Of a DNA stretch of 64,000 bases, positions 56,489-64,000 are shown piece after piece. Made by a program: the position numbers and the translations under genes. Numbering within the stretch: position 1 is the first letter of the stretch; every line of letters starts with the position of its first letter. Origin of the DNA: Minisyncoccia bacterium (lineage in GTDB: Bacteria; Patescibacteriota; Minisyncoccia; 2-02-FULL-40-12; IGHO2-01-FULL-4-A); NCBI GenBank assembly GCA_050015375.1, contig JBEKBN010000002.1, forward strand, positions 8,339-72,338, read 5' to 3'. The notes under the pieces are model-generated. The model was not told the DNA's origin, did not search any database, and saw only the letters and a program-made list of their open reading frames with translations.

Positions 56489-57334
56489 TTATTGTTTGCC
56501 GGTTTTTTGCCGGAATAGATTATCGGCATATTCCCTCTCTGCGGATTTTATCTTTGTGAATCCGTCTTCTTCCCGATTTGCCTTTTTGGCCGAGTAATGG
56601 TGGATATGTTCAACAAAAACGTCCGGTCTTAAATAGGCTGAATGCCCCGGAGAATTTATAAGACGATATGACCATTCAACGTCGGAACCATAAATAAGGA
56701 AGTTTTCGTCGTAATAACCGATTTTCCCAAAAATTTCTTTTTTGTGCAGACTGCATGGATTGGGAAATGGGTCAGTAAATTTTACAGGGCCTATGTCCCG
56801 TGGACCATCGGCTTGCTGTTGCGGACATGAAATCCTTGAAATTGCGGGTGATACTACATAACAATCGGGGTAACGTTCAAATGTTTCCATGCAGCGGGTC
56901 AACCAACACGGGTTCAGTTTAGGCACAAAACAATCGGAATCCATGATAACAATGTAGTCGCAGGTGGATTCTCGGATGAGTTTATTCAATATTTTGCCCA
57001 TATTCTTGGTGCCGGGGCGATTATCAAAAAGAGTCAGTTTATAGGGCCAATCGGTATTCTCAATTAAATGTTTGGCGCATTGAACTTCAATTTCCGGGGC
57101 GGTATAGAACAAAACGATAATCTCAACCCGTTTTAATTCATAGTCGGTAGGGATTGGCAGTTGTATTTGCCTGATGACTTCGTTACGAGCAGTTTTTCTT
57201 TCTTCGGACGTGAGAACAGATTCTACCGGTGACTTTTTTTTGTCCCCGATCATTCGCCCTATGAATCCGCCAAGATATTTCTGATCAAAATCATTGATAA
57301 ATGATTTGCTAGTTTTTCTCTGGGCGTGGTTCAT
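56489..57334 (-). CDS. Glycosyltransferase-like protein (GT-A fold, DxD)
   Basis: YIVIMDSDCFV has a DxD-like motif. Confidence 0.45.
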   Translation of the reverse strand: MNHAQRKTSKSFINDFDQKYLGGFIGRMIGDKKKSPVESVLTSEERKTARNEVIRQIQLPIPTDYELKRVEIIVLFYTAPEIEVQCAKHLIENTDWPYKLTLFDNRPGTKNMGKILNKLIRESTCDYIVIMDSDCFVPKLNPCWLTRCMETFERYPDCYVVSPAISRISCPQQQADGPRDIGPVKFTDPFPNPCSLHKKEIFGKIGYYDENFLIYGSDVEWSYRLINSPGHSAYLRPDVFVEHIHHYSAKKANREEDGFTKIKSAEREYADNLFRQKTGKQ

Positions 57335-58350
57335 TATTGAAAACTATTATACGCAGGCTGACAGTAGAATTTTCTAATCAGATCGCATACACGGCGTATA
57401 TCTGACTCCGTCAGTTTTAGGTGCATCGGTAAGCTAATGATACGCTTATAAATGAACTCCGTATTGGGAAGCTTTTTGTGCCAATTGAATATCTTGTAAT
57501 AATATAGGGGTTTAAAATGGACGGAGGTTACAACGCCATTTTCGGCAAGATACTTAATCAACTCATTGCGATATGGTACAAAGATCGGATAATATATCCA
57601 GGTGGAGCTTTTGAAACGTCGTTCAATGAATTCGGGTAAGTACTTGTCATACCAGCCGGCAACTTTTTTATGATACGCGTTGTTGGCGTCCAATTTTTCC
57701 AGCTGGCAAAGCCCGATAGCAGCAATGATATCGCTCATATTTGCCTTAAGGCCCGGCTCTTTAATATCATATTCCCAGCTATACTTTGAACCTGAACGGG
57801 CATAGGTGCTTTTATCGATACCGCACCAAGAGATCGCTCTTGCGCGCCGGTAGAGTTCCTTATTGTTAGTGGTCAGCATTCCGCCGTCACCCGTGGGCAG
57901 ATTCTTTACCGCGTGAAAACTCCAGCAAGAAACCAAACCTCGATGCTTCACGCCTGCGGCATGAGCCATGTCATAAATAATTCCTTTTCCTGATTCATTG
58001 CCGCCGTAGAAAACCTGGATGTCGGCTTCAGGCGTACAAAGCGTTTTAGGGTCAACATCCACAAATTCAATCTTCTTACCGATATTGAGAGGGGCAAGAG
58101 CCGAAGACACAAAGGTAAAGGCCGAGACCCGCACCGGATTGGGCAATTTAACCACGCGCACCGCAATATCAAGAGCAGCCGTGCAGGAATTGGTCGCCAC
58201 TGCGTATCTCGCGCCGGCTTTCTTGGCGAATGTTTTTTCAAATTCCTCAACCTTGGGACCCATGGCCCACCAGCCGGAATCCAAAACTTTTTTGATAGCT
58301 GCAAGTTCTTTGCCCGTCGGTACTGCTTTAAATAAACTTATTTTTTTCAT
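57334..58350 (-). CDS. DegT/DnrJ/EryC1/StrS-family aminotransferase (second)
   Basis: Shows DegT-family N-terminal and PLP-lysine context. Confidence 0.75.
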   Translation of the reverse strand: MKKISLFKAVPTGKELAAIKKVLDSGWWAMGPKVEEFEKTFAKKAGARYAVATNSCTAALDIAVRVVKLPNPVRVSAFTFVSSALAPLNIGKKIEFVDVDPKTLCTPEADIQVFYGGNESGKGIIYDMAHAAGVKHRGLVSCWSFHAVKNLPTGDGGMLTTNNKELYRRARAISWCGIDKSTYARSGSKYSWEYDIKEPGLKANMSDIIAAIGLCQLEKLDANNAYHKKVAGWYDKYLPEFIERRFKSSTWIYYPIFVPYRNELIKYLAENGVVTSVHFKPLYYYKIFNWHKKLPNTEFIYKRIISLPMHLKLTESDIRRVCDLIRKFYCQPAYNSFQ

Positions 58351-58391
58351 ATTGATTATTTAAATATAAACCTATACTTAAGTCAATGGTC

Positions 58392-58835
58392 TTAAATCCC
58401 GAAATTAATCTTTTTTAAATATTCTTTTTCTTCAGCGATCATGTTTTTCGGTAATTTTTTAAAAATTTTAATTTCTGAAGCATCTTCATTCGGCATAAGT
58501 CGCCCCTTTTTGATCTCGCACAAGAACACTAAGCTAACTGTCGAACCAAACCCCACTTCTTTCTCCTCGCTCGGATACGCGTCTATGTATCCAAGACAAT
58601 CTTTTATACGGACCGAAATACCCAACTCATCCGATGCTACGCGTCTTACGGCGTCATGCATGGTTTCTTTGTAATAAACAGTTCCGCCCGGTATGTGCCA
58701 CAGGTTATTCCAGGAAGACAGTTTTCTTAAAGCCAAAACGATTCCCTTATTTGTTTTGACGACAACTATCACGCAAAGTCGGGGAACTTTTGAATATATC
58801 GCCCTGAACTCTTCGAATGTAAACGGTTTTTCCAT
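58392..58835 (-). CDS. NUDIX-family hydrolase (divergent Nudix box), possibly a nucleotide-sugar hydrolase
   Basis: GGTVYYKETMHDAVRRVASDELGI is a divergent Nudix box. Confidence 0.55.
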   Translation of the reverse strand: MEKPFTFEEFRAIYSKVPRLCVIVVVKTNKGIVLALRKLSSWNNLWHIPGGTVYYKETMHDAVRRVASDELGISVRIKDCLGYIDAYPSEEKEVGFGSTVSLVFLCEIKKGRLMPNEDASEIKIFKKLPKNMIAEEKEYLKKINFGI

Positions 58836-59002
58836 ATGACCTCTAGATTACACCCAAATCAACATATAAATCAAGTTTTGGACCCAATACCTACTGGTGC
58901 TGGTTGCCTTCGTTTGCTTTGTTGCGGGGGTTGGATTATGTGGAAGTCGCTTTAAGGCAGTTTTCTGGAAAGTTTAGGTTTATAAGAGGGTAGTAATAAA
59001 AA

Positions 59003-59027
59003 AGCCCTTGAGGGTTATTCAAGGGCT
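59003..59027. terminator. Bidirectional intrinsic terminator
   Basis: agcccttgagggttattcaagggct is flanked by A/T runs. Confidence 0.6.
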
Positions 59028-59041
59028 GAAAAATACGATAT

Positions 59042-60559
59042 TCAGATAAAGATCCGGTCCCGGAAACGTTCATAGAGAGAAGCGTCTAATCGCGCATCAA
59101 GACGGTTGTCCTGATGGCCTTCGATCGCCCGTGGAATTAGGGTAATGTCGCCCAGTAACCGGCGTATCCTGTCATCAGACTCGTAGATTGCCAGGATCTC
59201 CTTTGTCAATGGCTCGTAAGAATTAAACACGATATTGAAGAGCAGTTGGAAGTTGTTTAGGAACAGCAGGTCAGCTTCCTTGACCCAGGGGCGGAACCGA
59301 AGACTCAGTTCTCCATACATATCAGTTTTGCCCCATTGTTCCAGGTTTTCTGGAAATGTAAGCCCGTAGTCCCTGACTACCAGGTTTGTCAGAGATGCCC
59401 CCGGGTAAGGCATGTACTGGTAAAGCGCCATACGTGTTGCCGGATTGATCTTTTTAAAGTCTTTGCAAAGGGCAACTGTCGCGGCGGTATCTTCGTCGGT
59501 CTCGAATGGAAAGGCGAAAATAAATGTGTGGACGGTCGTCAAGCCCAGGTCGGTAATCCGTGCGTTGAACAATTTCATCTTGTTGAAGTCCGCCTGTTTG
59601 TTGATGTATTTCTGAATCTTCGGAGAACCTGTCTCCGGGGAATAGGCAACAAAATCACAAAAGCCAGGGAACTCCTTCACTACAGCCTCTTTGTAAGTAG
59701 CAAAGTTGCTACGGACCAACGATATTTTCAATCCTCGGTCCTTGAACCTTCGGATAAGCTCAAGAGCACGGCTGACTTTCAGGATAAAATTTTCGTCCAT
59801 GATCTCAAAGATATCAAAGCCATATTGGTCATGCAGGAAACTTACTTCGTTCATGATGTGGTCGACGCTGAACGCACGCCACTCATTTTTCCCTTCAATA
59901 CCGCCTTTGTAACAATATGCACAATTAAATGGGCATCCTCGGGAAGTACAGATTGATGCAAGCACTGGATATTGGGCAGGGTTGAGGTATTCCTCAAGCT
60001 GATGCCAGGCCGGAATTGGAAGTGAACCTAGAGATTCGATGATGCACCGCGGAGGTGTCATGTTGATGCCGTCTTCTGACTTAATGCAAAGGCCATTAAC
60101 GGTGGATAGGGGAATACCTTCTTCAAGCGCCTGCGCCAGTTCGACTATTGTCTGTTCGCCTTCCGAGCGGACAATGACATCAACTAGCGGATGGCTAATC
60201 GTTCCCTGAGGGTAGATCGACGGATGCACGCCCCCCCAGACAATGGGAATTTTCGTCCCGAACCTTGATCGGATCGACTGCGCGAAAGACAAACCGTTGA
60301 TGATTTGCGACCCCGTCATACTGGATATGCCGAAAAAAAGAATCTCGGGAGCCACGGCAATCTTCGCGTCCATCTCCTCTACAGTCATCAGGCGCTGGTC
60401 GAGCAGGATGACCGGGAACCCCGCTTCTTCAAGCACAGAGGCCAAGCACATAACGGAAAGAGGAGCATACATCCGTCTAATAGAATGAATGTCTCGCCGC
60501 CGTTCAGCGGCATACCCGCCTGTCGGCCGGGGGTAAAACAGTACCACATGTTTTTTCAT
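59042..60559 (-). CDS. B12-binding radical SAM enzyme (second)
   Basis: CTSRGCPFNCAYCY, preceded by a B12-binding N-terminal domain. Confidence 0.8.
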   Translation of the reverse strand: MKKHVVLFYPRPTGGYAAERRRDIHSIRRMYAPLSVMCLASVLEEAGFPVILLDQRLMTVEEMDAKIAVAPEILFFGISSMTGSQIINGLSFAQSIRSRFGTKIPIVWGGVHPSIYPQGTISHPLVDVIVRSEGEQTIVELAQALEEGIPLSTVNGLCIKSEDGINMTPPRCIIESLGSLPIPAWHQLEEYLNPAQYPVLASICTSRGCPFNCAYCYKGGIEGKNEWRAFSVDHIMNEVSFLHDQYGFDIFEIMDENFILKVSRALELIRRFKDRGLKISLVRSNFATYKEAVVKEFPGFCDFVAYSPETGSPKIQKYINKQADFNKMKLFNARITDLGLTTVHTFIFAFPFETDEDTAATVALCKDFKKINPATRMALYQYMPYPGASLTNLVVRDYGLTFPENLEQWGKTDMYGELSLRFRPWVKEADLLFLNNFQLLFNIVFNSYEPLTKEILAIYESDDRIRRLLGDITLIPRAIEGHQDNRLDARLDASLYERFRDRIFI

Positions 60560-60701
60560 CGCTTCATACCTCCACTATTTTCTGTAAAAAGAGCTAGCTT
60601 ATATTAGAATAGAAATAAATAATCGTCAACCGTAAATCAGACGCCTTGAATAAATTCCAAAAAAATGAGATTATAAGAGCGTTGGTTTCGCTTATGCTTA
60701 T

Positions 60702-62501
60702 ATGTTGATAAATCTAAAAAAAATTAAAAAGATTATGGCCCTTCTTCTGGAAGCTTTCGGTCACTTCAAATCAAAGTTTGTAATTATGGTGGTTTTGGGA
60801 TTCTTAGGAGGACTTTTTGGGGGCATAGGCATAGGCGCCATAATTCCTCTTTTCTCTGTAATTACACATCAACAAATTCAAGGCATGGACTTTATCACCA
60901 AAAACGTAGAAAAGGTTTTCGCTCTTTTTCGCATTCCTCTCACATTACCATTTTTGCTTTCATTTATAGTTATTCTTTATGTTCTGAAGGGATTTGTTCA
61001 GTTCATAGCCAAATATACCAATGAAAAAATAATGGCTCAATATGAAGCTCAAGCTAGAACCAATCTTTTAAGAGTAACAATCCAATCCTCATGGCCTCAC
61101 CTGATTAGCCAAAAAGTCGGTTATCTGGAAAGAGTGCTTTTAGGTGATATCACCGAAGCCACAAGTGTTTTAGACCAGATTAGCGGAATAATCCTTATAG
61201 CGACCAGCTTGATAATGTATACGTTTGTTGCTATAAACATCTCCTTCGACATCACCTTGATGACCCTAATCCTTGGAGCAATAATCTTTTTATTTATAAA
61301 ACCCTTCCTTTATAAAACGAGAAAAATCATATCGAAAACTTCTGCTATGAATAAAGTGGCAAGTCATTATATTAATGAAAGTATCATGGGCGCAAAGATG
61401 ATCAAAATAACCTCAATTGAAAACAAAATAGCCGACAAGGGTAAGGAATATTTTGAAGAACTAAGAAAAACCAGAGTAAAGTCCGCATTCTATTGGTTAC
61501 TTCTTGGAACTTTTTTTGAACCTTTGGGGCTCCTATTTGTAGCCGTTTTGTTCGTCTTTTCATTCAAGTCTCCAGGATTCAACATTGCGGCTTTTACTGT
61601 AACTGTCTACCTGATCCAGAGAATGTTTTCTTTTATTCAGTCTGTTCAGGGACAAGTGTACACCTTGAACAACCAATCTATATATTTAAAAATTATTTCC
61701 GACTATAAGCGGAATGCTACCAATAACTTGGAGGTTAACAGAGAATCTGGTAACTTTATTTTTAATGAATCCCTTGAGTTTAAAAATGTGCAATTTGCAT
61801 ACCCTTCTCACAAAGAAGTTCTTAAAAATATTAACTTTTCTATAAAAAACGGGGAGGTGATGGGAATCATTGGCCCCTCCGGCGCGGGCAAAACTACAAT
61901 TGTTGATTTAGTTTTGCGGCTTTTTACTCCTGGAGCCGGCAAAATACTTCTCGATGGCAAGGATATTGATGGAATTAGTTTAAAAGAATGGAAAAAAAAT
62001 ATAGGATATGTGCCTCAAGACAATTTCTTTCTCAGTGACACCGTTGAAAACAACATCAGATTTTATGACGAGTCGATATCCGAAGAAGATATCATAGAGG
62101 CCTCTAAAATAGCTAATATTTATGATACCATCCAGAGCATGCCCGAAAAGTTTAAAACCTTCATGGGCGAGAGGGGCATTCAATTGTCAGGTGGCCAGCG
62201 CCAAAGAATTGCCTTAGCAAGAGCGTTGGCGAGAAAACCTCAAATTTTAATCCTGGATGAGGCAACGAGTTCACTTGATAATGAATCAGAGGCCCTAATT
62301 CAAAAAGCCATATCGGATTTACGCGGAAAAACAACAATAATAATTGTCGCTCATAGATTATCCACCGTAATGAACTCCGGTCATATCATTGTTTTGAAAA
62401 ATGGAGTAATAATAGAAAGTGGGTCGCCAGATGAATTATTACAAAATGAAAATTCTTATTTCCACAAAATACGCAACATGGTAAACGATAATTTCAGCTA
62501 A
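60702..62501 (+). CDS. ABC transporter, fused permease/ATPase exporter (MsbA/type I exporter-like)
   Basis: Six N-terminal TM segments. GPSGAGKTT, LSGGQRQRIALARAL and ILILDEATSSLD are present. Confidence 0.9.
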   Translation: MLINLKKIKKIMALLLEAFGHFKSKFVIMVVLGFLGGLFGGIGIGAIIPLFSVITHQQIQGMDFITKNVEKVFALFRIPLTLPFLLSFIVILYVLKGFVQFIAKYTNEKIMAQYEAQARTNLLRVTIQSSWPHLISQKVGYLERVLLGDITEATSVLDQISGIILIATSLIMYTFVAINISFDITLMTLILGAIIFLFIKPFLYKTRKIISKTSAMNKVASHYINESIMGAKMIKITSIENKIADKGKEYFEELRKTRVKSAFYWLLLGTFFEPLGLLFVAVLFVFSFKSPGFNIAAFTVTVYLIQRMFSFIQSVQGQVYTLNNQSIYLKIISDYKRNATNNLEVNRESGNFIFNESLEFKNVQFAYPSHKEVLKNINFSIKNGEVMGIIGPSGAGKTTIVDLVLRLFTPGAGKILLDGKDIDGISLKEWKKNIGYVPQDNFFLSDTVENNIRFYDESISEEDIIEASKIANIYDTIQSMPEKFKTFMGERGIQLSGGQRQRIALARALARKPQILILDEATSSLDNESEALIQKAISDLRGKTTIIIVAHRLSTVMNSGHIIVLKNGVIIESGSPDELLQNENSYFHKIRNMVNDNFS

Positions 62502-62517
62502 ACTTTTTTATGGAATT

Positions 62518-63342
62518 TTATTGTAAAAATCTTCTCATAGCATCGAGGGTAAAACGGAACACCTTGGCAGAAATAGTTCCCACAAGCGGAATAGATCTGA
62601 TTTTTCTCATTGTGGGATATTTTCTAAACTGATCAAATCGCAGGTTAATATGCCAAAAATAATCTATCTTGCGTTTTTTTAAATCAATTTTAAGACCCTC
62701 CCTTTTACATAATTTAACCGCGTAATACATCCACTTCCCCGCTACAACCGCTGTCCGATCATGGTAAATTAACGCCGGTTTTTTTACACTTAAGAATGGT
62801 GCAGAAACATTATTTGATCTTTCTGTTCCTCCTAATTCCGCTTGCCAAATATTTTCACCATCAACCAAAAGGTCGTTGAGTATTTTTTTATCCCAAAGAG
62901 CAGCAGTCAAAGAAGCCCTATAAGGGGCGCCTTTACTGATGAGGCCTAGATTAAGATTGTTTGTAAAATCATGATCTGGTAACGGCGACGGAAAAAGTCT
63001 TATATATGCGACCTTTTTATCATCAATATACTCCACTAAAGAATCAATATAGGCACTGTCTACCGGCTTCTCGATAAATAAATCTTCTATTAAACACATC
63101 ACATAGGGAGTAGGTATTTTTTTAAGAACTACCCTCATATTTGAAGCCCATCCTTTATGTTCACCTACTGCTATGGTGGTTACTCTATCATGGTTGTAAA
63201 TTTTGTAATTTGTAATGAGATAGATGGGGTAAGGACAGTCCGGCCAATATCTAAAAAAAAGAGTAAAAAATGGTTCCCACAAATCTTCACTGCCATCATA
63301 CGAACTGACAATTACCGAACACTTATTGTTTATTTTTTGCAC
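62518..63342 (-). CDS. Hypothetical protein (possible glycosyltransferase)
   Basis: The 274-aa ORF has no confident family. Confidence 0.4.
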   Translation of the reverse strand: MQKINNKCSVIVSSYDGSEDLWEPFFTLFFRYWPDCPYPIYLITNYKIYNHDRVTTIAVGEHKGWASNMRVVLKKIPTPYVMCLIEDLFIEKPVDSAYIDSLVEYIDDKKVAYIRLFPSPLPDHDFTNNLNLGLISKGAPYRASLTAALWDKKILNDLLVDGENIWQAELGGTERSNNVSAPFLSVKKPALIYHDRTAVVAGKWMYYAVKLCKREGLKIDLKKRKIDYFWHINLRFDQFRKYPTMRKIRSIPLVGTISAKVFRFTLDAMRRFLQ

Positions 63343-63489
63343 GATTATTATTGATTACCATCGGATTCTATCACAAAACACGGGAGTATGTCTACCATTA
63401 CGCGTAGTTGCCAAATATCACCTTCTGATGTAATCTAAAAAAATTAAAGATTCCCATTTTTATATGGTCTATAATATCGGTCAACCAAT

Positions 63490-64000
63490 ATGGGTATAAA
63501 TAACATTATCGCTATTATCCCTGCGGCCGGCAAACCTACCAATAAAATCATGGCTAATTCCAATCTGCCGGATACCATGATACCCATCAACGGCAAACCG
63601 GTGATTGATTATATTATCGAAGATCTAATTAGCCGCAGTATAGTAAAAGTGATCGTTATTTTACATGAAGACGATAATCACACGGAAAAATATATTACTA
63701 AAAAATTTCATTCCAAATGCGTTTTAACGGTTATTTATTATAAAAACGGTGGTCGGGGAAGTATAGGTTGTTCGGTTTCTTTGGCAAGACCGTATTTGAA
63801 AAATGCAAAGGGTGTTATTATTTATTTGGGAGACACTATATACAAAGGTAGGTTAATATTTAATAATAATTTTTTGGTTGTCTCTGATGTATATGAATCT
63901 CCGGAAAAGTGGTGTTTTATTGAAAAAAATGACCATAAATTTAGTTTTATAAATAAACCCGAGGAATACACTGGAAAAGGAAAGATATTATGCGGTTTAT
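63490..64000 (+). CDS. Sugar-phosphate nucleotidyltransferase-like protein, 3'-truncated at the window edge
   Basis: MGINNIIAIIPAAGKPTNKIMANSNLPDTMIPINGKPVIDY matches the NTP_transferase GxGTRL-type N-terminus. The frame stays open to the end of the window. Confidence 0.55.
   Translation, partial: MGINNIIAIIPAAGKPTNKIMANSNLPDTMIPINGKPVIDYIIEDLISRSIVKVIVILHEDDNHTEKYITKKFHSKCVLTVIYYKNGGRGSIGCSVSLARPYLKNAKGVIIYLGDTIYKGRLIFNNNFLVVSDVYESPEKWCFIEKNDHKFSFINKPEEYTGKGKILCGL

Overview
This 64-kb window has low-to-moderate GC and tightly packed genes, mostly on the minus strand. It looks like a small-genome bacterium, most likely of the Candidate Phyla Radiation / Patescibacteria. Supporting signs are a TraD/VirD4-like ATPase paired with a membrane partner, a reduced cell-division cluster, and an AspRS lacking the GAD insertion.

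From start to end the window contains:
- two tandem paralogous giant secreted beta-propeller-like proteins (1-4161);
- rpsT, then ftsW-mraY-dacA-like-aspS;
- a ~3-kb island of higher GC next to tRNA-Lys(UUU), holding two copies of a 'sigma70 promoter + small acidic ORF' module, two tandem zinc-ribbon mini-proteins and several ORFans;
- a PduO-type corrinoid adenosyltransferase;
- an unassigned ~470-bp structured non-coding gap;
- the TraD-like ATPase with its membrane partner, and a sigma70-region-4/HARE-HTH protein;
- secDF;
- a degenerate, CRISPR-like tandem repeat array of ~70-bp period and ~16 units, split by a compact IS110-family recombinase-like gene;
- a P-loop NTPase, an APH-family kinase, a RecB-family nuclease, cyclophilin, and an ASCH-Nudix-HD-unknown operon;
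- secA and hpf, both carrying in-frame copies of a ~33-42-bp palindromic mini-element whose third copy sits beside the IS110-like gene;
- a ~25-kb nonulosonic-acid surface-glycan locus with a WbuX/HisH/HisF amidotransferase trio, two B12-binding radical SAM enzymes and an ABC exporter.

The most unusual signals are the repeat array with its IS110-like gene, and the in-frame palindromic elements in essential genes.
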